From contig JAVERC010000012.1 of NCBI GenBank assembly GCA_034007295.1, forward strand, positions 5,329 to 69,328: a stretch of DNA of 64,000 nucleotides. Reading direction: 5' to 3'. Numbering within the stretch: position 1 is the first letter of the stretch; each line of letters opens with the position of its first letter. The notes under the pieces are model-generated. The model did not search any database. It saw only the letters and a list, made by a program, of their open reading frames with translations, and had not been told where the DNA came from. Below are positions 30,899 to 40,820 of the stretch, piece by piece. This DNA comes from Desulforegulaceae bacterium. GTDB lineage: Bacteria > Desulfobacterota > Desulfobacteria > Desulfobacterales > JACKCP01. Both the position numbers and the translations under genes were made by a program.

Positions 30899-32839
30899 AT
30901 GCTTTACTCAATCCAGACAAAAATTCTTTTGTTTATTACAGCAATTTTTCTTGTAACAACAGGTTCAACAATTTTTTTTACAGGAAAGGATGTTAAAAAA
31001 TCAGTTCTTGAAAACGAAACAAAAAATATTGAAAATATAAAAAGTATTGTCAAAATCAATGTTGAAGGCAAATACAAAAATCTTCTTCTTGATAAATGGG
31101 ATGCTGTTTTAAGTAAAAAAAACCAGATAAAAAATGAATTAATATTAATAGAAAAAGCAGTAAATTCTCTTTATAATCCTAATCTTAAAAACACTGAAAC
31201 TGTATTTGACTGGATAAAAAATCTTGGAATTTCATCTGAAATTTTTATTGCAGACAATTTGAATAAAATTGTTTTTTCAACTTCTGAAACAAATTTAAAC
31301 TTAAATCTTGAAAATATTTTTGATGTTAAATCAAGGCCTTTGTCAAAAAGCATAAATACAAAAAATTCTACATTTGAAAAATACTGTGTGTTTTCCTGGC
31401 AGAAAAATGAATCCAAAAAAATAGGATATTTTTCAAGTTTTGAAAATATAGGCTGGGTTATAGGGATAACAGCAGATATTTCAGAAATTGAAAAGGAAAC
31501 AGACGAAAAAATAAATCAGATTTTAGATGTTTTAAAGGATAATTTTTCCAAAATAAAAATTGCAGAATCTGGAAGTGTTTTTCTTTTTAATTCGGAAAAT
31601 GATTTTTTGATTTATCCATCAAATATTGAAAAAAAATACTTAACAGATGAACTTTTAAATAATCTTAAACAGGACTTAACTAAAGATTTATACAAAAAAA
31701 TAATTATCAATAATGAAATACACAATTTTTATACATCCAGAATAAAGGCACTTGACTGGTATATTTCTTTTTTTGTTCCTGAAAAAGAGCTTGAAAATCC
31801 CTCTAACTCACTTATAAAAAGTCTTTCTTTGATTATTTCAGGCATTTTTATTACAGGAATGATAATTTTAATATTTGCAGTTAACAGATTTTCAAATCCA
31901 CTAAAAAAACTTACTCAAAACTTAAAAACCATTCCAGAAAAAGACCTTACATCAAAAGAACTTATTTCAGAATTAAAAAACGAATTCCCAATAAATAGAA
32001 AAGACGAGGTTGGTCTTCTTACAAAAGCTTTTGTATTTATGTTTGAAGAACTCCAGAAAAATATAAAACTTCTTGTAAAAACAACTGCAGAAAAACAAAG
32101 AATAGAAAGCGAATTAAATGTTGCAAGGGATATTCAGCTTGGCCTTCTTCCAAAAATTTTTCCGCCTTTTCCAGACAAAAAAGAATTTGATATTTATGCT
32201 TATTTAAAGCCTGCTAAGGAAGTTGGAGGGGATTTATACGATTTCTTTTTTACAGATAAAAACAAACTCTGTTTTGTAATTGGGGATGTTTCAGACAAAG
32301 GTGTTCCAGCAGCTCTTTTTATGGCAATTACAAAAACTCTTATTAAAACAAATGCTGAAATAGAAAACTCCCCTGCTTCGATTATGATGCGTGTAAATGA
32401 AGTTTTAAGCAAAGACAATCCAAATTCAATGTTTGTTACTCTTATTGTCGCTATTTTAGATATTGAAACCGGAAAAATAAAATATGCAAATGCAGGCCAT
32501 AATCCACCTATTATTAAAAGAAAAAATGAAGTTTTTTACAAAAAAGGAATAAGCGGTCCTGTTGCTGGTGCTGTTGAGGATATAAATTATAAGGAAATGG
32601 AAATTGAGCTTGAAAAAGATGACATGATTTTTCTTTATACTGACGGAGTAACAGAAGCCATGAACAAAGAAAAAAAACTTTTTTCCGAGCAAAGACTTTT
32701 AAATTTAATTCAATCTGAAAATCATATTGAGTGTGCTGATTATATTGAAAAAGTAAATCTAGATATTTCAGAGTTTACAAAAAGTGAACCTCAGTCAGAT
32801 GATATAACCATGCTTTCAATTATTTACAGGGGAAACTAA
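30899..32839 (+). CDS. Membrane sensor PP2C phosphatase (SpoIIE/RsbU-like) with periplasmic sensor and HAMP
   Basis: 646 aa. TM, ~270-aa extracytoplasmic domain, TM, HAMP-like linker, then a SpoIIE-type PP2C domain (ARDIQLGLLP, VGGDLYDFF, GDVSDKGVPAALFMA, NAGHNPP, LYTDGVTEA, DDITML). Confidence 0.85.
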   Translation: MLYSIQTKILLFITAIFLVTTGSTIFFTGKDVKKSVLENETKNIENIKSIVKINVEGKYKNLLLDKWDAVLSKKNQIKNELILIEKAVNSLYNPNLKNTETVFDWIKNLGISSEIFIADNLNKIVFSTSETNLNLNLENIFDVKSRPLSKSINTKNSTFEKYCVFSWQKNESKKIGYFSSFENIGWVIGITADISEIEKETDEKINQILDVLKDNFSKIKIAESGSVFLFNSENDFLIYPSNIEKKYLTDELLNNLKQDLTKDLYKKIIINNEIHNFYTSRIKALDWYISFFVPEKELENPSNSLIKSLSLIISGIFITGMIILIFAVNRFSNPLKKLTQNLKTIPEKDLTSKELISELKNEFPINRKDEVGLLTKAFVFMFEELQKNIKLLVKTTAEKQRIESELNVARDIQLGLLPKIFPPFPDKKEFDIYAYLKPAKEVGGDLYDFFFTDKNKLCFVIGDVSDKGVPAALFMAITKTLIKTNAEIENSPASIMMRVNEVLSKDNPNSMFVTLIVAILDIETGKIKYANAGHNPPIIKRKNEVFYKKGISGPVAGAVEDINYKEMEIELEKDDMIFLYTDGVTEAMNKEKKLFSEQRLLNLIQSENHIECADYIEKVNLDISEFTKSEPQSDDITMLSIIYRGN

Positions 32840-32899
32840 ATGTTTTCAGATTGTAAAAAATTTAAAAATTTTCAGTTCATTTGGGATAATTTTTAATAT

Positions 32900-33856
32900 A
32901 TGAGATTTGAAACCAGAATTTTTTTTACAGCATTAACAATTCTTATATTAACGCTTAGTCTTAATTCAATTTTGAGCATTTCATCTTTTGAACATGTTTA
33001 TGAAAAATCACTGATTTCTACTTTTGAAGCAGGCGGAAAAAACTTAAAAAGAAAAATTGAGCAGTCCCTTTTATTTGGCAAGCCGCTTGATAATTTTGAA
33101 GGAATGGAAAAACTTCTTAAAGATTTTACAATTCAGCATTCTTTTATAAATTCTGCAGGAATTTTAAATTCTGAAAATAAAATAATATATCATTCAAACC
33201 CTTCTAAACCAGCAAATTTTTTTAAAATTGATGATTTTAAAGAAACACAAAATATTTCAACAAAAATTATACAAAATTCATATACAACACTAATCCCATT
33301 GTTTTCTTCTAATAAAAAAATTGAAGGTTATCTTTTTTTTGATTTCCCTGAAAAAACTATTTCAGAAAAAATATTTGAAATGATTTTTTCAAACATGAAA
33401 CTTCTTGTCCAAATTATTTTTTTTACAGGAATTATTCTTATTTTCATGCTTGGAATTTTTATTACAAAACCTCTTAAATCAAAAATAAAACAAATAATTT
33501 TAAATCTTGAAAATAAAAAAACATATTCTAAAAAAAGAGAAATGGTAAAAACTCAAAATGAAATCTACAACCTTGAACTAAGCATAAATAATTTTTCTGC
33601 TTCTTTTTTAAAAAACATGTCTGAAATTGAATCCTTTAAAAACAATTTTTCCAAATTAGAAATTAATACTAAAGATAGAATTAATAAATCACACCAAACA
33701 ATTTTAAAATATTTAAAAGAAAATCCAGGCGATCATGAATTTGAAGCATTGTATGAATCATTTGAAAAAAGGAATAAAACAATTTTAAAATATTTTAAAA
33801 TTTCATCTATTTTACTTGAATCATCTGATTTTACAGGTAAAAAATATGAAATTTGA
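32900..33856 (+). CDS. Membrane protein with periplasmic sensor-like domain
   Basis: 318 aa. TM, ~150-aa domain, TM. The domain is paralogous to the N-terminus of the next gene (blocks L-FG-P, ENKIIY/ENNILY, PLF..NKK..GYL). Confidence 0.5.
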   Translation: MRFETRIFFTALTILILTLSLNSILSISSFEHVYEKSLISTFEAGGKNLKRKIEQSLLFGKPLDNFEGMEKLLKDFTIQHSFINSAGILNSENKIIYHSNPSKPANFFKIDDFKETQNISTKIIQNSYTTLIPLFSSNKKIEGYLFFDFPEKTISEKIFEMIFSNMKLLVQIIFFTGIILIFMLGIFITKPLKSKIKQIILNLENKKTYSKKREMVKTQNEIYNLELSINNFSASFLKNMSEIESFKNNFSKLEINTKDRINKSHQTILKYLKENPGDHEFEALYESFEKRNKTILKYFKISSILLESSDFTGKKYEI

Positions 33857-36008
33857 TTTGGGATTAAGACTTAAAATTTTTATTTTATGTGTTTTTGTAA
33901 TACTTTGCGGACAGCTTTTTTATTCATATAAAAACTATATTGTTTTTAAGGAAAGCTATATTTTAACCCTTAAAAACAAAAGTGAAAATCTAGGACAATA
34001 CATAAAAAAAGATATTGAATATGTTCTTGATTTTGGAATACCGATTTCAAGGTTAATAAAGCTTGAAAACACAATTAAAGATGTTCTTTCAGGAGTTAAA
34101 GAGCTTGAATATATTGAAATTACAGACCTTGAAAATAATATTTTATATTATGCAGATCATGAAAAAATGGGAAGGATTGAAAAAGGAGAAAAAAAATCAA
34201 AAATTTCGAATTCTCAAGAAATTAACAATAATCTTTCCCCTGCAAATACAGATATAATATTTCCTCTTTTTTATAATAAAAAAAATAAGCTTTGCGGATA
34301 TCTCAATATGAGGCTTTCAAATAAAATTATTGAGTCAAAATCAAGGCAGATTCTTTTTGACATGATAACAGTTATCATGACTTCATTTCTTATAAGTTTT
34401 GAATTTCTTACTTTTTTTGCAGGATACAGCATAAAAAAACCAATTGATAAACTTATAAATAATATAAATTATTCATCAAACAATTTAAGACCCCTTAAGA
34501 CAGAAAACTACAATTTTTTCAAAGAATTTCAGGAAATAATTGATAAAATTAATTTTTTTGTATTTGAATATTTCAAAGGGTTATTTCCAGTTTTAAAATA
34601 CAAAAAAATTTCTTCTGATTTAAAAGAACTTATATGCTTTGAATTAAAAAAACAAAAAAATATAATTTCTAAATTTCAAAACAACAAAACAATATCAAAT
34701 CTTTCAGATGATTACTTAAAAATTGAACAAGACTATGAAGTTTTTGAAAAAAAACTTCAAACTTCATTTAAGGAAAATTTAAAACAAAAACACACAAAGG
34801 AAAAAACCGATTATAATTTTATACGGCCTGTTGTATTTTTATTTATTATGGCAGACGGGTTTTCCATTTCATTTTTTCCTTTATTTGTAGAACAGATTTA
34901 TGAGCCGGTTTCATTTATTTCAAAGGAGGTAATGATCGGAATTCCAATGTCAATTTATATGCTTTTTGTAGCTTTTTCCATGCCGCTTGCAGGAAAATTT
35001 GCAGATCAAAAAGGCTGGTATAAAATTTTGATTTACGGTCTTATATTAAATTCTTCAGGATTTTTTTTGACTGCTCTTTCAAATGATATAATTACACTAA
35101 TAATTTTTAGAATAATTACAGCTATAGGCTTTGGAATAGTTTTTATATCATGCCAGAAATTTATAATTGACAATACAAGTGAAAAATCAAGATCACTTGG
35201 GATGGCATCATTTCTTGCTGCTTTTTTCAGCGGAGATATCTGCGGAACTGTAATAGGAGGAATGCTTGCTCAAAGAATTGGATATTCAAATGTTTTTTTA
35301 ATAAGCGGAATTTTTTCACTTTGTGCTGCAATTGGCACAATTTTAATTTTTAAAAATGATTTTAAAATAGATAAATCACAAGAATCTTCAAAAAAACGAC
35401 TCCCTTTTACATTCAGGGAACTTTTTATAGTTTTTAAAGACAAAAAATTCACATCAGTTCTTATTTTTCAGGCAATACCTGCAAAAATAACCCTTATTGG
35501 ATTTTTATTCTATTTTACCCCTCTTTATCTGAAAAAAATTGAGGTTTTGCAGTCTGATATTGGAAGAATAATAATGTCATACAGCATTGCAATAATTTTT
35601 GCAGGCCCTGTTTTTTCAGGGTTTATGAAAACTCAAGGATCAAGAAAATTTTTTATTGCAGCAGGCGGAATAATTACTGGAATTTCACTTGTTTCATTTA
35701 ATTTTTATAATGGATTTCTTGCAATTTTTATTGTTGTAACAATGCTTGGATTTGCCCAGTCTTTTTCTGTTCCATCCCAGGCTTCTTTTGTTTCAGAAAC
35801 AGAAGTTGTAAAAAAATTGGGAGTTGGTACAGGAATGGGAGTATTCAGATTCTGGGAAAAGGCAGGAAATGTTTCAGGCCCTGTTGTAGCCGGAATCTTT
35901 ATTTCAATTTTTGGGTATGTTGAAGCTGTGGTTTATATCGGCATAATTTCCATTGTTTCCTCATTTATTTATCTTTTACTAATAATGATGATAGACAAAA
36001 AGGCTTAA
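33846..36008 (+). CDS. Sensor-like domain fused to an MFS transporter
   Basis: The N-terminal ~330 aa has two TM helices flanking a sensor-like domain. The C-terminal ~390 aa has about 12 TM helices with MFS features (FFPLFVEQI, MPLAGKFADQKGW). Start placed at ATG 33846. Confidence 0.7.
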   Translation: MKFDLGLRLKIFILCVFVILCGQLFYSYKNYIVFKESYILTLKNKSENLGQYIKKDIEYVLDFGIPISRLIKLENTIKDVLSGVKELEYIEITDLENNILYYADHEKMGRIEKGEKKSKISNSQEINNNLSPANTDIIFPLFYNKKNKLCGYLNMRLSNKIIESKSRQILFDMITVIMTSFLISFEFLTFFAGYSIKKPIDKLINNINYSSNNLRPLKTENYNFFKEFQEIIDKINFFVFEYFKGLFPVLKYKKISSDLKELICFELKKQKNIISKFQNNKTISNLSDDYLKIEQDYEVFEKKLQTSFKENLKQKHTKEKTDYNFIRPVVFLFIMADGFSISFFPLFVEQIYEPVSFISKEVMIGIPMSIYMLFVAFSMPLAGKFADQKGWYKILIYGLILNSSGFFLTALSNDIITLIIFRIITAIGFGIVFISCQKFIIDNTSEKSRSLGMASFLAAFFSGDICGTVIGGMLAQRIGYSNVFLISGIFSLCAAIGTILIFKNDFKIDKSQESSKKRLPFTFRELFIVFKDKKFTSVLIFQAIPAKITLIGFLFYFTPLYLKKIEVLQSDIGRIIMSYSIAIIFAGPVFSGFMKTQGSRKFFIAAGGIITGISLVSFNFYNGFLAIFIVVTMLGFAQSFSVPSQASFVSETEVVKKLGVGTGMGVFRFWEKAGNVSGPVVAGIFISIFGYVEAVVYIGIISIVSSFIYLLLIMMIDKKA

Positions 36009-36016
36009 TTTTTTTT

Positions 36017-37264
36017 ATGAGTGATTATTATAAATTTTTAGACGAACAGATTAATAATGAACTTAAAACTGATATTGGTTTTAACAGTCTTATTTCTTCA
36101 AAACCCTATTTATTTGATGATGAACAATCCAAAAAATTTTTTAATAGGTATGAAATTATAAAAGAGTTTCAAAAAATCTGTTTAAATCTTTTTCAAAAAA
36201 GTCTTTTAGAGGAAGAAGACCCGGAAATTGCAGACCTTGTATTAAATGAACTTCCTGAAAACATTGGCGAAAAATACCATAAAAATCTTCCTGTAAGAAA
36301 TGATCAGACTCCAGTTTTTTTCAGAACTGATGAAGTTATTCCTGGTAAAATTTCTGAAATTCAAAGTCCTGGTTCTTCATGGGGGATTTATGACCAGATT
36401 TTTTCATTTTTTAACTCACATAAAGAATTTAATAAAAATAAAAGACTTTTTGAAAATTCACTTCCTTTTCAGCTTTCAAAAGCTCTAAAAAATTATTTAA
36501 AAAAAGATCCCATTGTTCATCATCTTATTGACAATGCTTCAATTCCCTGGGGAATGAGATATTTTATTTTGCAGACAAGAAAACATGGAATAAAATATTT
36601 TGGATATGACAAAAACATTACATCCTATGACTGCAATTTTATAAGATCACATGCATTTTTTGGTCTTATGGCTGATAATTTCAGACGTTTTCGCCTTGAA
36701 AAATATGAAAAAAATGAACTTGATTATGATCTTTTTCCTTGTGTTTTGTTTGATCAGAAAATGCCCCTTATTTTTCCTTTTCATGAAAAAACCAAAAAAT
36801 ACTTTTCAGATGAAATAAGAGATATTTTTCCTTTTTCTTCACTTGTTACCCCTCAAGGTTTAAATCTTGAAGAAGGAAACAATATTTCAATAGATGATTT
36901 TTGCAGACTTCCACAATCAAAAAGAAAATATTTTTTAAAATATGCAGGAAGTGACCTTGAAATTAACTGGGGAAGCAAGTCAGTTTTTTATCTTGGGAAA
37001 GAATCTCAAATAAGATGCAAAAATATCCTTGAAAATGTATTAAAAGGATATAAATATAGAAAAAAATGGAAAATTCAAAAGGCTTATTTTACAAAAGATG
37101 AAAATGCTGAGTATATAAGCAGAGAAAATGAAATTTTAAAGGAAAAAGCGTACTCAAAATTCAGCGGTTTTTACGGCCCAAACGGACTTATGGGAATACT
37201 TGTTATGCAAAGGACTTTCCCAAAGGTTCACGGTTCGCCTGAAACTATTATGACAATAGCATGA
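36017..37264 (+). CDS. Hypothetical protein (weak ATP-grasp-like hint)
   Basis: 415 aa, same-strand operon position. FFRTDEVIPGKISEIQSPGSSWG is reminiscent of the R-D....E-N...PgG strand of ATP-grasp folds. This is a hint only. Confidence 0.45.
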   Translation: MSDYYKFLDEQINNELKTDIGFNSLISSKPYLFDDEQSKKFFNRYEIIKEFQKICLNLFQKSLLEEEDPEIADLVLNELPENIGEKYHKNLPVRNDQTPVFFRTDEVIPGKISEIQSPGSSWGIYDQIFSFFNSHKEFNKNKRLFENSLPFQLSKALKNYLKKDPIVHHLIDNASIPWGMRYFILQTRKHGIKYFGYDKNITSYDCNFIRSHAFFGLMADNFRRFRLEKYEKNELDYDLFPCVLFDQKMPLIFPFHEKTKKYFSDEIRDIFPFSSLVTPQGLNLEEGNNISIDDFCRLPQSKRKYFLKYAGSDLEINWGSKSVFYLGKESQIRCKNILENVLKGYKYRKKWKIQKAYFTKDENAEYISRENEILKEKAYSKFSGFYGPNGLMGILVMQRTFPKVHGSPETIMTIA

Positions 37265-37284
37265 TTTATAAGGATTTAATTTAA

Positions 37285-38286
37285 ATGTTTATTAAAGTAA
37301 TATTTAATTTTTTTATATTTGTTTTTTTATTTTGCACAAATGGATTTTGTCAGGAAAAATTTAAAATTGCCTATCTTGAAGGCGGACAATACTGGATTTT
37401 TGACAAAACAAATGAAGCTTATAAAAATTCTTTAAATAAAAAAGGCTGGATAGATAAAATTGAATTTCCAAAAAATCTTTCTTTCAGTCCTGGCTGGGAT
37501 AATTCAGCCATTCTTGAAGAAAAAGCAAAATTTATTATGGCTCAAAAGGATATTTCTCTTGTTATTTCTGCAGGTACAGACGCAACAAAAGCCCTTTTAA
37601 AATTTAATAATAAAAAGACTCCAATTCTTGCAGTTGGTGTATCAGATGCTGTTGGATCAGGTTTTGTAAAAAGTGAAAATGAATCAGGAATTGATAATTT
37701 TACAGTAAGAATAGAACCTGAAAGATTTGAAAGAATGTTTAAAATTTTTCATGAAGTTGTAGGGTTTAAAAAGCTAGGCCTTATTTATCCTGATACTGAA
37801 AGCGGAAAAAAATATACAAATCTTGATGAAGCAAAAAAAACAAGTCAAAGTCTTGGTTTTGAAATAATTGAACAAAAGATTAAAACTGAAGACAGTTTTG
37901 ATTGTCTTGAAGGACTTAAAAGTCTTAAAGAAAAGGGAATTGACGCTTTTTTTATTCCATCTCTTCTATGTTTTGACTTAAATAAAAATGATGTTTCAAA
38001 ACTTATTTCATATTTAAATGAAAATGACATTGCAAGTTTTGCACGCAATGGATCTGAGTTTGTAAAAGCTGGTGCTTTAATGGGATTTTCAACCCTTGAT
38101 TTTTCCAAAAGGGGTGATTTTCTTGCTGATATGATAATTGAAATTTTAAGAGGTAAAAAACCTTCAGCACTTAAAATGGTTGACAGCGGATCTCCAAAAA
38201 TTTCATTCAATTTACAGACAGCTGCTGAAATCGGTTTTGACCCCCCTTTTGACATCTTAGCTGCTACTGATGAACTGTTTAACTAG
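37285..38286 (+). CDS. Periplasmic substrate-binding protein, ABC_sub_bind (PF04392-like) family
   Basis: 333 aa. Signal peptide. VISAGTDATKAL...PILAVGVSDAVGSGFV...NFTV and KKLGLIYPDTESGKKY fit the family pattern. Confidence 0.65.
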   Translation: MFIKVIFNFFIFVFLFCTNGFCQEKFKIAYLEGGQYWIFDKTNEAYKNSLNKKGWIDKIEFPKNLSFSPGWDNSAILEEKAKFIMAQKDISLVISAGTDATKALLKFNNKKTPILAVGVSDAVGSGFVKSENESGIDNFTVRIEPERFERMFKIFHEVVGFKKLGLIYPDTESGKKYTNLDEAKKTSQSLGFEIIEQKIKTEDSFDCLEGLKSLKEKGIDAFFIPSLLCFDLNKNDVSKLISYLNENDIASFARNGSEFVKAGALMGFSTLDFSKRGDFLADMIIEILRGKKPSALKMVDSGSPKISFNLQTAAEIGFDPPFDILAATDELFN

Positions 38287-38553
38287 AATGAAAAAACTTG
38301 TTAATAAGGCAAAATCTAAAGGATTTGAAACTGAAAATCTAATATTTGTTGATCATGGGAATCACCATGATTTTAAAATTTAAAATGAAACTGAAACTTT
38401 CTAAAATTCAGAAAAAGCTCTCTTTTAAAACATAATAACCACACTCCACAATACTTACTTGACACTTTTGTAAATGCTTTGTAATAAGCACAGCGATAAT
38501 CAAGCTTTTTTTTAATTAATTCAAAATATTAATATAATTTTAAAGGTATAGAA

Positions 38554-39867
38554 ATGAACCCAATCGCAAAGGAATTGAACAATTCCATCCAGCAGGAAAA
38601 CAACTATGTATTTGAAATGCTTTCAAAAATGGGTAAAGAGCTTTTTTTTCCAAAGGGAATTTTAAGCCAGAGTGCAGAAGCAAAGGAAAAAGCTAAAAAA
38701 ATCAATGCAACAATCGGTATTGCAAAGGAAAACGGCGGCATAATGTTTCTTGAGTCTGTAATGTCTGAAATTCCTGGAATTGCTCCGGAAAATTCACTTT
38801 CCTATGCCCCTTCATTTGGTATTCCAGCTTTAAGACAGGCATGGAAAAAAGAGCAGTTTGAAAAAAATACTTCTCTAAAGGGAAAATCAACTTCACTTCC
38901 TGTTGTTACAAATGGAATTACACATGCAATAAGTATTTTTGCAGATGTTTGGGCTGATACAGGCGATGTTGTTGTACTTCCAGATCTTTACTGGGGAAAT
39001 TACAATCTTATTATGAAACTTAGAAAAGGAATTGAATTTGCACATTTCAAAACCTTTGATGAAAACGGCGGATTCAATGTCAAAGGCTTTGATGAATGCG
39101 TAAAAGCCCAGGCAAAGGGAAAAGACAAAGTTATTGTTATAATGAATTTCCCCCACAACCCAACAGGATATTCAGTAACTGAAAAAGAAGCAGAAAGTAT
39201 GGTAAATACTTTAAAAGAAGTTGCAGATTCTGGAACTAATGTTCTTGCAGTATCAGATGATGCATATTTTGGACTTTTCTTTGAAGAAGAAACATGCAAG
39301 GAATCTGTTTTTGCAAAACTTGCAGGAATTCATGAAAGAATTCTTGCAGTAAAACTTGACGGTGCAACAAAAGAAAATTTTGTCTGGGGTCTAAGATGCG
39401 GATTTATTACTTATGGAACAAAAACAAAATCAGACAATCCGCTTTTTTATGAAGCTCTTGAAAAGAAAACAGCAGGCTGTATAAGAGGAAACATTTCCAA
39501 TGCTTCTCATTTAGGCCAGTCAATTATACTTAAGTCAATGCAGGCAAACACATATAAGCCTCAAAAAGATGAAAAATTTAGTGTTTTAAAAGAAAGAGCA
39601 AATAAGGTAAAAGAAGTTGTTTCACGTGATAAATATGAAGATTATTTTAAGGCATATCCTTTTAACTCAGGATATTTCATGTGCATAAAACTTTTAAAAG
39701 ATGTTGATGCAGAAAAACTAAGACTACATCTTTTGGATAATTATCAGGTTGGCCTTATTTCAATTGACTCAAATAACCTAAGAGTTGCTTTTTCTTCAAT
39801 AAATCTTGATGATGTTGAACCTCTTTTTGATGCAGTTTATGATGGAATAAATGATTTTTTGAAATAA
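38554..39867 (+). CDS. Class I/II PLP-dependent aminotransferase
   Basis: 437 aa. NFPHNPTG motif, SDDAYFGL, and a K-containing ATKENFVWGLRCGF block (S/T-K-x-x-x-x-G-x-R-x-G). Confidence 0.85.
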   Translation: MNPIAKELNNSIQQENNYVFEMLSKMGKELFFPKGILSQSAEAKEKAKKINATIGIAKENGGIMFLESVMSEIPGIAPENSLSYAPSFGIPALRQAWKKEQFEKNTSLKGKSTSLPVVTNGITHAISIFADVWADTGDVVVLPDLYWGNYNLIMKLRKGIEFAHFKTFDENGGFNVKGFDECVKAQAKGKDKVIVIMNFPHNPTGYSVTEKEAESMVNTLKEVADSGTNVLAVSDDAYFGLFFEEETCKESVFAKLAGIHERILAVKLDGATKENFVWGLRCGFITYGTKTKSDNPLFYEALEKKTAGCIRGNISNASHLGQSIILKSMQANTYKPQKDEKFSVLKERANKVKEVVSRDKYEDYFKAYPFNSGYFMCIKLLKDVDAEKLRLHLLDNYQVGLISIDSNNLRVAFSSINLDDVEPLFDAVYDGINDFLK

Positions 39868-39893
39868 AATTATCTTTATATAAAAAATTTTAA

Positions 39894-39923
39894 GGGCGGA
39901 GCTTTTTGTTCCGCCTTTTTTTA
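39894..39923 (+). terminator. Rho-independent terminator after the aminotransferase gene
   Basis: GGGCGGA-gctttttgt-TCCGCC stem-loop followed by TTTTTTTATTTTTT. Confidence 0.7.
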
Positions 39924-39996
39924 TTTTTTATATTAAAAAAATATAATCACAGCTAATGTTTATTTTTTTTATAAAAAAATTTAAATCAATTGAGCC

Positions 39997-40081
39997 TGGC
40001 AGGACGGGCTTCGAACCCGCGATATGAAGGAGAGCTTAGACAAAAGACAATACCTTGTCCCTGCTCTCATTCCCCGCTGCC
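39997..40081 (-). other. tRNA-like fragment (T-arm plus 3' acceptor half); not foldable into a full cloverleaf
   Basis: The minus strand reads ...GCGGG-TTCGAAG-CCCGT-CCTGCCA. This gives a G53/C61-type T-loop TTCGAAG with a 5-bp stem, then 7 nt that pair 6/7 with an upstream TGGCAGC. No U8, D-arm or anticodon arm could be drawn. Confidence 0.25.
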
Positions 40082-40103
40082 ACCTGCGACCATCAAGCCA
40101 AGC

Positions 40104-40568
40104 TCAAATTAAATATTGCATGAAAATATTTGAAAGATCAATCATAGCTTGTATCCATTCTTCATTTGTCGGTTTATGAAGATAAATTTTTATTCTTTTA
40201 TCCAGCCCGTTTGGATTTCTTGGTGAATTTGCCAAATCCTCTTCATTCCAGGTAATTTTATTATTAGTTTTATATCCATTATTTCTAAAATTTTCTTTGA
40301 GAAAAGTATAAAGTTCATCTTGAGAATATCTTTTGCCTTTTGATGTTCTTGCCTTTAATTCAAGTTCTACCCAAGTTCTTCTTGAATCCTGAGCAAAAGC
40401 AAAATATACCCCTGGCAGCATTGCTTTTGCTTTAGAATATGAACCGTCATTTTTAAATGTATTAAAATTCAAATTTATATTTTCTTTCTTAAATCTATCA
40501 TCTGCAAGATTTATAAATTTTTCCCAGTTTTTTCTAAGTATTGGATCATTTATTGTTTCAAGTCCCAT
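40104..40568 (-). CDS. Hypothetical protein (possibly DUF4268-like)
   Basis: 154-aa ORF. The pattern W..f....TWVELEL....(helix)...ITWNE....RIKIY....EEW loosely recalls DUF4268. Isolated gene in the repeat-rich region. Confidence 0.4.
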   Translation of the reverse strand: MGLETINDPILRKNWEKFINLADDRFKKENINLNFNTFKNDGSYSKAKAMLPGVYFAFAQDSRRTWVELELKARTSKGKRYSQDELYTFLKENFRNNGYKTNNKITWNEEDLANSPRNPNGLDKRIKIYLHKPTNEEWIQAMIDLSNIFMQYLI

Positions 40569-40820
40569 TTTAGCCTCTTGATTTATTGTTTTAATTTAAA
40601 AAATCCTATTTTCAACATATCTGTAACCAAAACAGAATATCACATACTAAAAACCAGTTTGCTGACGAAAACTGTATTTTTTCTAAGCCGGTTTGAAAAA
40701 CAGTCTTTACATGACTTAGAGCTTAAAAAAGAATAAAACTGATAAAAAATACAGCAGCCCTTCAAATTTAAACTAAACAGTTACAAATTAATTTAATACT
40801 TTTTTGTGTTATAAAATTAA

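Noticed and set aside
38288-38383. 31-codon ORF (MKKLVNKAKSKGFETENLIFVDHGNHHDFKI) after the binding-protein gene
   Set aside because: It is too short and has no recognisable motif. It could be a gene fragment, but the sequence alone offers no support.
39997-40081. Bona fide tRNA, tRNA-Sec, tmRNA or SRP RNA
   Set aside because: I could not draw a cloverleaf: there is no U8, no D-arm, no 7-nt anticodon loop, and a 7:66 mismatch. The 3' end does not match the tmRNA alanine-acceptor sequence. The SRP helix-8 GGAA/AGCA motif arrangement is also absent. It is kept only as a tRNA-like fragment.
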